Shown: in pieces, positions 25,342-38,150 of the stretch | Layout of the letters: each line of letters starts with the position of its first letter | How positions within the stretch are numbered: position 1 is the first letter of the stretch | Origin: Somniosus microcephalus | Lineage: Eukaryota | NCBI GenBank assembly: GCA_052327205.1 | Contig: CM126212.1 | Span: 78,740,001-78,804,000 of the forward strand | DNA length: 64,000 bases | Reading direction: 5' to 3' | The notes under the pieces: generated by a model | Databases searched by the model: none | The model's input: only the letters and a program-made list of their open reading frames with translations | Told to the model about the DNA's origin: nothing | Program-made: the position numbers and the translations under genes

Positions 25342-27714
25342 TAGAAACATAGAAGATAGGAGCAGGAGTAGGCCATTCGGCCCCTCGAGCCTGCTCCACC
25401 ATTTAATGAGATCATGGCTGATCATCCAAATTCAGTACCCTGTCCCTGCTTTCTCCCCATATCCCTTGATCTCTTTAGCCTTAAGAAATATATCTAACTC
25501 CTTCTTGAATATATTTAATGAATTGGCCTCAACTGCCTTCTGTGGTAGAGAATTCCACAGGTTCACCACTCTCTGGGTGAAGAAATTCCTCCTCATCTCT
25601 ATCCTAAACGGCTTACCCCTTATCTTTAGACCCCTGGTTCTGGACTCCCCCGCCATCGGGAACATCCTTCCTGCATCTAATCTGTCTACTCCTGTTAGAA
25701 TTTTATAAGTTTCAATGAGATCCCCTCTCATTCTTCTAAACTCCAGCTAATATAAGCCCAATCGACCCAATCTCTCCTCATACGTCATTCCTGCCATCCC
25801 AGGTATCAGTCTAGTGAATCTTCGCTGCGCTCCCTCCATGGCAAGTACATCCTTCCTCAGATAAGACGACCAAAACTGCACACAATACTCAAGGTGTGGT
25901 CTCACCAAGGCCCTGTACAACTGCAGCAAGACATCCTTGCTCCTGTACTCGAATCCTCTCGCTATGAAGGTCAACATACCATTTGCCTTCTTAACCGCCT
26001 GCTGCACCTGCATGCTTACCTTCAGCGACTGGTACACAAGGACACCCAGGTCTCGTTGCACTTCCCCTTCTCCCAATCTATTGCCATTCAGATAATAATC
26101 TGTCTTCCTGTTTTTGCCACCGAAGTGGATAACCTCGCATTTATCCACATTATACTGCATCTGCCATGCATCTGCCCAATCACCCAACCTGTCCAAATCA
26201 TATTGGAGTTTCTCGGCATCCTCCTCACAGCACACATGCCCACCCAACTTTGTGTCATCTGCAAGCTTGAAGATATTACATCTAGTCCCCTTGTCTAGAT
26301 CATTAATATATATTGTGAATAGCTGGGGTCCTAGCACCGATCCCTGCGGTACCCCACTATTCACTGCCTGCCACTCGGAAAAAGACCCATTTATTCCAAC
26401 TCTTTGCTTCCTGTCTGCCAACCATTTCTCTATCCAAGTCAGTACCTTACCCCCAATCCCATGTGCTTTAACTTTACGCGCTAATCTCTTATGCGGGACC
26501 TTATCGAAAGCCTTCTGAAAGTCCAAATACACCACATCCACTGGTTCTCAATTATCTATTTTACCAGTTACATCCTCAAAATATTCCAGTAGATTAGTCA
26601 AGCGCGATTTACCTTTTGTAAATCCATGTTGACTTTGTCTGATCCTGTCACTGCTTTCCAAGTGCTCAGCTATTACATCTTTTATAATGGACTCTAGCAT
26701 TTTCCCCATTACCGATGTCAGGCTTACCAGTCTATAATTCCCCGTTTTCTCTCTACCACCTTTTTTGAATAGTGGGGTTACATTAACTACCCTCCAATCC
26801 ATGGGAACTGTTCCAGAATCTATAGAATTTTGGAAGATGACCAGCAATGTATCTACTATTTCTAGGGTCACTTCCTTAAGTACCCTCGGATGTATATTAT
26901 CAAGTCCTGGGGATTTATCGGCCTTCAATCCCGTCAATTTCCCTAACACCATTTCCCTACAAATACTGATTTCATTCAGTTCCTCCCTCGCATTAGACCC
27001 TATGTTCCCCGACATCTCTGGGAGGTTATTTGTGTTCTCCTTTGTGAAGACAGAACCAAAGTATGTATTTAATTGGCTGCCATTTCTTTGTTCCCCATTA
27101 TAAATTCCCCTGATTCTGACTGCAAGGGACCTACGCTTGACTTCACCAATCTTTTTCTCTTCACATATCTATGGAAGCTTTTACAGTCAGTTTTTATGTT
27201 CCCAGCAAGCTTACTCTCATACTCTATTTTCCCCCTCTTTAATTAATCCCTTTGTCCTACTTTGCTGAATCCTAAACTGCTCCCAATCCTCAGGTTTGCT
27301 GCTTTTTCTGGCCAATTTATATGTCCTCTCCTTGGATCTTATGCTGTCCCTAATGTCCCTTGTTAGCCACGGTTGAGTAGCCTTTTTTGTTTTATTTTTA
27401 TGCCAAACAGGGATGAACAAATTCTGTAGTTCATCCATGCGATCTTTAAATGTTTGCCATTGCCTATCCACCGTCAACCCTTTAAGTAACGTTCCCCAAT
27501 CCATCCTAGCCAACTCGTGCCTCATTCCATCGTAGTTTCCTTTATTTAAATTCAGGACCCTAGTCTCTGAGTCAACTACTTCACTCTCCATCTTAATGAA
27601 GAATTCTATCATATTATGATCGCTCCGCCCCAAGGGGCCTCGCACAACAAGATTGCTAATTAATCCTTTCTCATTACATAATACCCAGTCTAAGATGGCC
27701 TGATCTCTAGTTGG
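25342..27714 (-). mobile_element. 5'-truncated CR1 LINE inserted antisense into the host CR1
   Basis: RT ORFs 25432-27015 ([27 protein letters not shown]); ttctatgt tail; ttgaca duplication at both junctions. Confidence 0.92.
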
Positions 27715-29950
27715 TTGACAAACCTGATTTAATTTTTTGAAGAGGTGACTAAAGTAATGGAAAGGGGAATGTCTATGGACGTTATTTATATGGACTTCCA
27801 GAAGGCATTTGATAAAGTCCCACATAAGAGACTGTTACCTAAGGTAGAATCCCACAGAATTGAGGGCAAATTATTGACCTGGTTAGGAAATTGGCTGAGT
27901 GGCAGGAGGCAGGCAGTAGGGATAATGGGCAGTTACTCTAATTGGCAGGATTTGATTAGTGGTTTCCCACAAGGTTCTGTGTTGGGGCCTCAACTATTCG
28001 CCATATTTATTAACGACTTAGATGATGGGATAGAAAGCCACAAATCCAAGTTTACAATGACACAAAGATAGGCGGCATTGTAAGCAGCATAGATGGAAGT
28101 ATAAAATTACAAAGGGATGTTAATAGATTCAGCGAATGGGTAAAACTGTGGCAAATGGATTTCAATGTAGGCAAATGTGAGGGCATCCACTTTGGACCTA
28201 AAAAGGATAGAACAGGGCACTTTCTAAATGGTGAAAGGCTAAAAACAGTGGATGTCCAAAGAGACTTGGAAGTCCAGGTACATAGATCATTAAAATATGA
28301 ACAGGTACAGAAAATAATCAAAAAAACTAATGGAATGCTGGACTTTATATCTAGAGGACTAGAATACAAGGGGGTAGAAGTTATGCTGCAGCTATACAAA
28401 GCCCTGTTTAGACCACACCTGGAGTACTGTGAGCAGTTCTGGGCACCACATCTTAGGAAGGATATATTGGCCTTGGAGGGAGTGCAGCGTAGGTTTACCA
28501 GAATGATACCCGGACTTCAAGGGTTAAATTACGAGGAGAGATTACACAAACTAGGGTTGTATTCCCCGGAATCTGGAAGGTGAAGGGGTGATTTGATCAA
28601 AGTTTTCAAGATATGAAGGGTAACAGATAGGGTAGATAGGGAGAAAATCTTTCCGCTGGTTGGAGATTCTCGGACTAGGGGGTATAGTCTAAAGATTGAG
28701 CCAGATCTTTCAGAAGTGAAATTAGGAAACACTTCTACACACAAAGGATGGTAGAAATTTGGAACTCTCTTCCACAAACGGCAATTGACGCTAAGTCAAT
28801 TGTTAATTTAAAATCTGAAAATTGATAAATTTTTGTTAACCAAAGGTATTAAGGGATACGGGGCAAAGACGGGTATATGGAGTTAGATCACAGATCAGCC
28901 ACCATCTCATTGAATGGCGGAACAGGCTCGAGGGGCTAAATGGCCTACTCCTGTTCCTATGTGGCGGGCAGTGTACCTGTTAGAAGTTTGGGTCTGCTGT
29001 AGATAACTTCTTCAGTTCAATGGTGCCAGTGGTACTGTAACTGACAAAAGCAGCCTGGACTAGATAATGTCATACATCACAAAGCTTGCAACAGTTAAAG
29101 AGTTAAGACTAATTTAGCTCCTAAAACATCTACAATGCGGGAGCAGATGGGGTGACAACTGAGAAACAGGTACAGGGCAGTGCCAGGGACTGTTACAATT
29201 CAATGTCCACACATACATTCAGATTCTGAACATGCCCAGAGTTTTTGCAATCATTCTAACATTGCTTTAGTTATCCCACATTTGTCCCAGTTTCAAGCTC
29301 GAGACAAATGTAGGAGAACTTAGCAAGCTGTTGCTTTATTTTGATCTGTGACAGACCATATTCAATCAATCTTCACAGACTACCCCTAGATGTATGGGGT
29401 GTATGTGGAGAAGTAGCATCTCTGAACAGTAGGATACCCCATTCTCCGGGATGACAGACATCACGGGGCCATTCTCTGGGATGACAGACACCACGGGGTG
29501 GGGGTGGGGGCGGCGGGGGGAGAAATTGGAGCCCCTTCCACCCATGCTTTGCACAGAATGGAGCCAAAAAGCAGCAATTTTCTGATTCTGTCTCCTGCTC
29601 CCAAGGGCACCTGGGAATGGATGATTTTTCAGGCGCCCCTGGTGACCACCTGAAACAGGTGCTCGGCCCTTTACATATATAAATAAATAAATAAATGGCT
29701 TAATGTCTATTTTAGGACCCCCCCTCTTAATAGTTTGGGATTCCTGAGGCCTGGAGCTAAGCAGCAGCTGTCAACAAAAATGTAAGTCAGGTGTTTTTTT
29801 TAAAGTGTGATGTGGAGTTAGGATGAACAGGAGTGCTCCTTGTGGCTCTTCAGTACTCCTGAGGGCTGCTGCCAGTCCATGATTGACCCCCCCCATTGTC
29901 CTTTCCCTCCTCAAGGCCACTGCTGTTGAGACAAGCAGTCCAATATTGAT

Positions 29951-30342
29951 ACAATAGCAAAATACTGTGGATGCTGGAAATCTGAAGCAACAACAGAAAA
30001 CGCTGGAAAAACTCAGCAGGCCAGGGCAGCATCCATGGAGGGAGAAACGTTTCAGGTCGAAGACCTTTCGTCAGAACTGGAAAAAAGCAGGAAATGGAAC
30101 AAATTTTAAAGCAACTTTAGGGGCTGGGAAATGGGGGAGGGGATGAAAGAACAAAAGGGAAGGTCTGTGACAGGATGGAAGACAGGAGAAGTAAAGAGGC
30201 ATTAAGAGATATTCAAGGCAAGAGTAGGTGGTAATGGGACAGGTTAAGAAACAAAGGATGGCTCTAGATGAAGTGTGAATTGTGCTGGCAGAATGAAAGA
30301 CAGCTGCCATGTGGGAGGGAAGAAAAAAAGGCACAAACAAAA
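29951..30342 (-). mobile_element. Penelope-like element terminal (pLTR) fragment
   Basis: 14-bp TSD agtccaatattgat (29937-29950 / 30343-30356); homologous to 47741-47971 and 63496-63693; family assignment from recall. Confidence 0.7.
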
Positions 30343-30360
30343 AGTCCAATATTGATTGTG

Positions 30361-30640
30361 TGTCAGCCGTGGCTCAGTGGGTAGCACTCTCGCTTCTGAG
30401 AAGGCTGTGGGTTCAAGTCCCATTCCAGAAGCTTGAGCACAAAAATCTAGGCTGACGCTCCAGGGCAGTGCTGAGGAGGTGCTGCACTGTCTTTCAGATG
30501 AGGCATTAATCCGAGGCCCCGTCTAACTTCTAAGGTGGATGTAAAAGATCCCATGGCACTATTTCGAAGAAGAGCAGGGGAGCTCTCCCCGGTGTCCTGG
30601 CCAATATTTATCCCTCAATCGACATCACTAAAAACAGATT
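30361..30640 (+). mobile_element. tRNA-headed Deu-domain SINE (SacSINE1-like), 5' part
   Basis: A box tggctcagtggg, B box ggttcaagtcc, Deu-like core gatcccatggcactatttcgaagaagagcagggg. Confidence 0.85.
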
Positions 30641-30848
30641 GGCCCAAAATTTGCGATCGGAGGCTTCCAGTAGGCGGAAGTTGGGCACATAGCAAAACTC
30701 TCCATCCGCAGAGGCCCTTCTCTCGGGGATGTGGAGGATCTGTCTTGACAGATCGCAAGTTCCGGGTTTTGGCACACATGCCTAAACCTGGATTTTGCGC
30801 AGCCCCCACGGGCGCGTACGCACCAGTAGGGGTCGCAAATTACGGCCC
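30641..30848. mobile_element. 208-bp Harbinger-type MITE
   Basis: TIRs ggcccaaaatttgcga / tcgcaaattacggccc; ATT/ATT flanks. Confidence 0.72.
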
Positions 30849-31725
30849 ATTAAGTTTTGGGACATGTCAGTCACACATCAGGTATCACACTTCAGCATGC
30901 AAATTTCCATGTCATTTTTTTAAGTGTATCAAAAAAGAAAATCAAACATTTCCTGTTGTTTTTTCCTGACTGCTAATTGATCTTAAATGATCGAAGAAAG
31001 GCACAGGAATTAGATCTTGGGGCTTTGAGGTGAAAGACAAATTAACACACAGTTGCACCGTAAAAGCGAAATAATACACTGTACGATGCGCATTATAATG
31101 CTTCTGTCCTTAGAAGCACCAACCCACCATGAGCAACACCATGGGTGATCCACTAATCTCATGAAACATTTTAGAAAGACTAATTATCGCAACAGCATAA
31201 CAAACATCCGAATGGTAGGAAATAATTCTGAAGCTTAATTAACATTCTTTGTCTAAATGTGAAACAGTGGATTATCCAAAATTAAAGGCGCAAACGATGC
31301 CACAGCTGGCAGAGCAGATCAGAAGACACAAGGATAAGATTGATGTATAAAACACTGGCGGTCCGATTGTTGTATACATTTCATTTATTTTGACTGAAGG
31401 TAATCCCATTCCGAGGGGTACAGTCTCTTTTAAGGAATATACTCATCATGCAAGAATCTATTTACCTTTTGCTACTAAAAAATTTGCAGGAAAATAAGTC
31501 ATTTGATATGATCATTCACTGATGGAACCATCTCTTAGAAAACTTGTGGATTAAATGGGTTAACACTTCTGGTAGCAGAGAGAGAGAAACTTCTAACCAT
31601 GTGTTAAACATTTGCACATTAATGTCCAATGGCATAATTTCAGGGTCCATGCGAATTCTGTACGATCATCTCAGGGCCAATTAGTTGACCCACATCTACT
31701 TACATTTCTAAACAGCGGAGATTAT

Positions 31726-33584
31726 GGGCCCGATTTTGTGGATTGTGTGGGAAATGGTCAGATTCCCCCGAATGTGGGGTTCTGACCCACAAAAAAATGG
31801 GTCAGCCAGCTGCACGCAATTTTCCCTCAAGTGGCCAATTAATTTCCAGCGTGTGGGCAGCCATGCTAATTGTCCATTTCCAGTCAGGAAGCCCCACAGT
31901 ATGATGTCATCATTCGTGGTGCTTTCAAGGTCCACAGCAAGCATTGCTTCCTCTGTTGGCTTCCAAACGAACCATACAGGATGGCAGAGGAGCCTGCAGC
32001 AGCTGTGGCCAGTGCCAGACCCCGAGCTGCCTCCAAATTCGACGAAGCTTCACTGCAGGCATTATTGGATGGGGTTAGGGCCCACAGGGAGGTCCTCTTC
32101 CCTAGGTCAGGCAGGAAGAGGCCTCCCACTGAGACCAAGGCTGCATGGATGCAGGTGTCAGCAGATGTCAACTCGAATGTGCATGTAACCTTGGCATCAC
32201 ATCTCTAACTCCTTCCTCTACTCCCCCACAGGACCATCCAGAGCCCCTGTCCCCACTGTGGAGGAGGAAGAGGCTGTACAGCCAGACTCCTCAGAGGAAG
32301 CTCCAACCTCTGAGGGTGCAGCGTCAGCAGAAGTAAGCGCACCCACTTCGGGGGGACCTTCGGAACATAGAGTAGTGTTGTCACCTGGTGTTTCACAGCT
32401 CACAAGTGAGCCTCAGCAGATCCTGGAGACAGGGACAGCAGTGGAGAGTCCTCGCCGGAGGGCACAGGACTCTGCCAGCTCAGCTCAGTTGCGTTGCATG
32501 TCGACCCTCTGCCTCTGGGTCCATCCGCAAGAGAAGAGGTGATGGATCTCCATGCACAGATGCAGGAGTCTCTGGCAGATTTTGTCTCCAAGGTCGCTGC
32601 GAGTGTGGAGCGAATGGAGGAGTCCATAGCGGCCATGAGCAGAGTCTTTGTGGTGTCATTGACGCAGGAACGCATCACCATGGAAAGTTTGGCAACCTCC
32701 ATGGAGGAGATAACTCGCCAGGGTACGGAAAACATGGTGAGTGCTCATAAGAGAATGACATCTCTTGAGGAGCGTTGGCCATCTATTGAACAGAGAAACC
32801 AGACCTTCATGGAAGTCGTTCTGAGTAGGACTGCCAGTGCAGATACGGGTCCCCATGGCCCTCTAAAGCGCAGCAAGGTGCTCTCAAGCTACTTCCAAGT
32901 GCTGGCCCCTTCTGGCCTGTGCAGCTTCAGGTGAGTGAGCAGCAGCCTGGTGCTCCTGGTGCTCATCCTGCTGTTCCTGGTTCTGTTGCTGCCGCCTCTG
33001 CTGCTGGAGATCCTCTAATGGCAAGAAGAGAAGGAAAAAAAGGCGTCCCATGCTTCTGGCAGATGCCTCCGCTGAGGAAGCGCTGAGTGAGGGTGCCGAG
33101 CGATGCTTCCTAGGAGATCACATTGGAGAAGTGTGTGAGGCTCCAACCTGCCACAGCTGTGCCTAAGCCTTGAAGAAGTAGCCCCAAGCCTGCAACAACA
33201 AGGTCCTTCAACATACAAATGCTGTTGCTTTAAATCGCAGCTTTCCCGAATGACCTGCAGCTGAGAACAAGCAAGCCGGCAAGCTTCACGCCAGGTTTCA
33301 TCAGCGGGGTTCCCCGCAGGCGTGTTTAGCGTGGGGAACCCCTGAAAATCGCAAGGGCACTCTAAAATGGCATTAAACATGCCAATAATTGGTGATCAGG
33401 GTCCTGGCGGCCAGTCCCGCCAGTGGCGGGCGGGACTGATTCGGGTTGCGGAGAAACGGCGGCCCGAAAGTCGGACAGGGCGGGGATTCAGGTGGGGGGG
33501 GGGGGTCGCGACCCCCCTATTTCGGCGATTTTCGGCCCCCGCCCGCATGAAAACCCGCCCGACGGCTGGCAGAAAATCAGGGCC
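31726..33584. mobile_element. Internally deleted Harbinger (subfamily A)
   Basis: TIRs gggcccgatttt / aaaatcagggcc, TAT TSD; partial Myb exon 1 (31981), exon 3 (from 32232, homologous to 11358 onward), only the transposase N-terminus (32905-33051, minus). Confidence 0.88.
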
Positions 33585-34189
33585 TATATTACTGAAACAG
33601 CACCATGTACAATAAATCTTTGGTTAATTAAATCCACTTGATGTTTTGTGTTTTTGTTGTACACGAGGAGATAATGAGATTTGCGCCACATAAAATAGTC
33701 ATACAGCACGGGTGGGAGAGGGTCGGGGTTGAGGGGGGTTGGCTAAAATATCGGAATCGAGCAACCCAACCCCATTCTCGTCTGTTTAAATTTTTACAAA
33801 CCCAAATCAGGCCATCGACGGGGCTCCCAAAAAAGGCAGGCAGCATCCTAATTAACATATCCCGGCACCAGATCATTCCCAGTCTGCACCCACATTGAGA
33901 ACTTAAAGTGCTCTCCGACTCCACAAGATTGGCATTATCTGAAGCTGAGCTTGGCGTATGAATGGGCTGTGAAGGCCTGAACTTACATCAAAGCAAAGCA
34001 GAGTCAGAATATCTCCTCCAGAGTGTCTTCCAGCAATTTGTTCTGGTCTTCGATTAGGGTCGGACACTGGATCCAGGCAGCCTCTGCACTATAAATGCAG
34101 CAAAACCACCTTGCACACATTTGCACAGTTGGCTCATTTCTGTACTTGGTGGATCAGCAATCTAACTATAAATAAAGAACCAAAAGAGA

Positions 34190-34520
34190 GACTTATTTAT
34201 ACATCGCCTTTCACGACCTCAAAGCGTCCCAAAGAGCTGTGCAGCCAATGAAATACTTTTGAAGTGTAGTCACTGTTGTAATGTAGGAAACATGCCTGCC
34301 AATGTTGTGCACAGCAAGCTCCCACAAACAGCAATGAAATAAATGACCAGATCATCTCTTTTAAATGTTGGTTGAGCAATATATATTGGCCATGACACCA
34401 GGGTGAATTCCCCTGTCCTTCTTCAAATAGTGCTGTGGAATTTTTTTTTTTCATCAGAGAGAGCAAATGGGGCCTCAGTTTAACGTCTCGTACAAAAGAC
34501 GCCACCTCTGATGGTGCAGC
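34190..34520 (-). mobile_element. Deu-domain SINE fragment
   Basis: Homologous to the other SINE copies (cagccaatgaa..gtagtcactgttgtaatgtaggaaac). Confidence 0.8.
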
Positions 34521-34550
34521 AGGTCGTGCACGTATTTCACATCTAATGTA

Positions 34551-34871
34551 TAGGGAACTCTCGATTTACCGGCACCTCTCTGTTAACCGGCAAAATTCAG
34601 GAGTAGGTTCAGGTAAGTTTTACTTCATATTAGTGGCCGTTCCTGGATCTGTGGCTGTGTAACCGGGGTTCCTGCACCTGTTGCTAAGCAACAGGGACAC
34701 CTGGATCTTGTGGTGGGGTTCCTGCACCTGTTGCTAAGCAACAGGGATGCCTGTATCTGTTGCTGTGTACCGGGCTCTCGTACCTTTTACTATACCTCTC
34801 TGTAATCCGGACTTTTTGATAAACCAGCACCACGCTGGTCCCGTCGGTGCCGGATAAAAAAAAGTTTCCTG
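34551..34871. mobile_element. Tc1/mariner (pogo/Tigger-like) MITE
   Basis: Imperfect TIRs tagggaactctcgatttaccggcacc / ggtgccggataaaaaaaagtttcctg, TA flanks; internal 50-bp direct repeat. Confidence 0.7.
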
Positions 34872-35214
34872 TATATTATATGGAGTGTATCAGCCTACGT
34901 AATCACCTGCAGAAACTCCCAAATTAATTACATTAAATGAAGTAGCCATTTTGGGGAAAACAAATAAGGGACCAGAAATTGCTGGAAAAATAATGGCAAA
35001 TTAACGGCGCTCAATATTATTCGTTTATAAAAAAATCCAGCAATTTGAGGTGAAGAAGAAATATGCCATGAGTTCTGATTCGCCCCAAATTTCTGGAGGA
35101 TTTGCACGGCTCTGCCTCGACAAATCCAAAGAGATTGCAAACTCGTCATAAGCCTCCCCATTGAAATTAATTATGTGTCATAAAATTGCTGGACTCATGG
35201 CTTTAATCTAGTCC

Positions 35215-35627
35215 CCAGATGTTAGTGAGGAGGACTTTGCAGGGTCGACTGGGCTGGATGTGCCTTTGTCACATCCAAAGCCGAGGTCGATGCCGGGTGG
35301 TCCGTACAGTTTTATTCTTATTGTGTTTCTGTAGCAGTTTGGTCCAATTGAATGGCCTTTTCAGAGGGCAGTTAAGAATCAATCACATTGTTGTGGGTCT
35401 GGAGTCACATATAAGCCAGACCAGGTAAGGATGGCAGATTTCTTTCCCTAAAGGACATTAGTGAACCAGATGGGTTTTTACAACAATCCAGTCGTTTCAT
35501 GATCATTATTACTGATATTAGCTTTTCATTCCAGATTTAAGTAAATTTCCCAGCTGCTGTGCTGGGATTTGAATTCACTCCAAGCTTCTGGATTACTAGC
35601 CCAGTAACATAACCACTATGGTACCAT
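35215..35627 (-). mobile_element. tRNA-derived SINE (second family)
   Basis: Reverse complement begins with a tRNA-like head (atagtggttatgttactgggctagtaatccag...ttcaaatcccagc). Confidence 0.6.
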
Positions 35628-35699
35628 ACTGGGCTTGTCGTGAATTGAGCAGTGGATGAGGCTAGTGGTGCAGTTGGTAGGATATGCCATTTGAAGATG

Positions 35700-36253
35700 A
35701 ACTCACTCACCTTTACAACTCGTGTCAGATCATTAAACTTCTTCCTGCACTACATCCATGTTCTTAGGGCAACATTCTTGGCATTGACCTCTGCTACTTG
35801 TTCTTACTGCCTCCTGAGCATATATCTAGAGGGCCTCCTGCCCCTCTACGGAAACAGGACATCTCTCCTTCTTTCCACCTCTTCCACCAAGACCTCCAAT
35901 GCATTGTCTGGAAATCTTGGTGCTCGCTCTCTCGCATGTTCAGCTGTTGCTCAAAGTATCACAGCCCAGATTGGCTTTTGACAAAACTCCTCCCACTTCT
36001 TGCAGCCACAATGCACCTCCCCTTTAAGAGGTGCAGGCTGCCTTTAAGTAGCGCTAGCCACTTGCAGTATCGGGCCCCCTGCTGATGCGTGCAGCTAATG
36101 CACAGCATGGGGAGTGCTGGCTGCATGCAGCAATCATTCAAAAGAGCAGGCAGAACCAATTTAACGTGGTGCCTGCAACAGAATTAATGGGCGCGGGTAA
36201 ATCGCATACCACGATCCCCGCACCCATTTTCGGGGGGTTACCCAATTTCTCCC
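35700..36253 (-). mobile_element. Harbinger left-end remnant with Myb exon 1 (subfamily B)
   Basis: TIR gggagaaattggg; minus translation ERAPRFPDNALEVLVEEVERRRDVLFP...CRKKFNDLTRVVK then a gtgag donor; contains stops. Confidence 0.8.
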
Positions 36254-36374
36254 TCATGATGTGGTAAGTGTATCATGCTTCGGGGAAAAAGATGACTTAG
36301 GAGCTATGGTTCCAAATGCTTTCCACCACTGCAGTTTTGCTCCTGTCTTTTTCGTGTCATGTTGCAAGAAGCAT

Positions 36375-36563
36375 TACTAAAAAAAACAGATCATCTGGTC
36401 ATTATCATATTGCTGTTTGTGGGAGCTTGCTGTGTGCAAATTGGCTGCCACGTTTCCTACATTACAACAGTGTCTATGTTTTGAAAAAGCACTTCATTGG
36501 CTGTAAAGTGCTTTGGGGTATCCTGAGGTCATGAAAGGTGCTATATAAATGCAAATCTTTCTT
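36375..36563 (+). mobile_element. Deu-domain SINE 3' fragment
   Basis: Matches the 3' half of the copy at 56141-56564. Confidence 0.8.
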
Positions 36564-37639
36564 GTAGACTGTTTGATAGAGATTGATTGCTATGATAAGT
36601 CAACAACTCCATTATCATTTCATCATCTGACTATCAGGATGGTAGAAGGCAAACTAGGTGGGCTTTAGTCTTTTTCCATCTAGCAATTCCTATGTTCCTA
36701 TGAAGGCAGTTGCACGGTTCCTGATCATTATAGACTGGTTCTATACTCCATGGGTCAAGAATGTTCGGTACGTTTCACACACCTACCCTGCCATTCAGTC
36801 ATTAACTTCTCAAGGACCAACACAACAAACATAACTAAGTCACAATTTCCTCTTCTTCTGCTTGTTCGTTTTAATTTTGTTTTTACTTTTCCTTTCTGTC
36901 TCTTTTCTCCCTCTCTCTCTTAATCCATTCTCTTTCTTTCCCTCTCTTTATTTCTCTTCCTGTCTCTAATTTGACTCTAATTCACCCTATTTCCTTTTCT
37001 GACATTCACTCTGTTTTTTTTGCTCTATCCTTTTGTCTCGTTGGTTAAGGCGATAGGCCACTGGGCACAACCTTCATGAGGTCCCAGATGTGACATTGAC
37101 ATCGCAACGCCATTATCACTTTGCAATGAGGTAAAAAGTCCAATTAACATCGCTGGCCACACGATGCGCCATTGCAGCAACCTCTGGCCCATTGTTTCTA
37201 AACACTCCGGTTTTGAAAAAAAAGACCAAAATGCTGTTCTGTTTTACTACATTATTGTGTTATTATTCACTGACTACCTTTACTATTGCCAACTAACTGA
37301 ATTCAAAATCTGATGGAAAAGTAACTAATCTTAAATGGATTACAGTGACCACATGCAGAGGCATTTTTAATTTGTTACTTTGAAAGCCAACTTTCACACC
37401 AAGTGACTTTTACTGTGTTTTTTTTGTCACCCGAGTGCCTGATAAACGCAGAAATCCACAGCGGGAGATTCCACTAACCTAATTTCAGTGAGTTTAAGTG
37501 CAGGTTGGCAACAGGGCTCCAGTAGGTTTCTTGTTGCTTGTCCATCCAGAATCACCCTACTCATTAGAGCATTGGCTTGCAAGGTTATTAGGAGCTGGGT
37601 GTGAAGAATCCCCAGTTCCCCGTGTTAGATTTGCCTTTC

Positions 37640-38150
37640 CAGATTTGGGATCAGCTTCCACATGTATGTTGGCGACAACCAACTCTACCTGTCCACCACC
37701 TGTCTTGATTCCTTCACTGTCTCTGCGTTGTCAGACTGCATACGCGTCATCCAGTCTTAGACGAGCTATGATTTAATCGAGTTAAACATTGTTGAAGACC
37801 AAAGCCATCATCTTCGGTCCCCACAGCATACTCTGTACTCTTGCCACCGATTCAATCCTCCTTTGCAGCCACTGTCTCAGATGGAACCAGACTGCAACCT
37901 CGGTGTCCTCATTGACACTGAGCTGAGCTTCTGCTCCCACATTCTCTCCATCACAACGTCTGCCTCCATCCACCACCTCCCATCTCCGACCCTGCCTCAG
38001 CCAACCTGCTACTGAAGCTCTCATCCATGCCTTTGTCACTTCCAGGTGATGTTATCCCAATGCTCTCCTGGCCGACCTCCTTTCCTCCACAACCTGTAAA
38101 CTTCAGCTCATGCAAGACTCTGCTGCCCATATCATATCCCAGACCAAGTT
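37640..38150 (+). mobile_element. Old L2-type LINE RT fragment
   Basis: Degenerate DDTQLYLST-like, LNIVKTKAIIFG and LIHAFVTSR motifs. Confidence 0.65.

Larger units (their letters stand above)
17860..28962 (+). mobile_element. Full-length, decayed CR1 LINE (ORF1+ORF2), split by a Gypsy element and an antisense CR1
   Basis: ORF1 from 18065, endonuclease motifs 19200-19960 (IAITE, GGGIAL, VYRPP, SDHN), RT pieces 20400-20684, 25246-25341 and 27715-28800, 3' tail ggcctactcctgttcctatgt. Confidence 0.9.

Noticed and set aside
27217-27825. 202-aa ORF spanning a junction
   Set aside because: Chimera of antisense host CR1 and the inserted CR1
29430-29500. ~30-bp tandem duplication
   Set aside because: Two copies only; ordinary local duplication
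30361-30430. tRNA genes here and at 56141, 57370 and 35560
   Set aside because: These are tRNA-derived SINE heads continuous with SINE bodies
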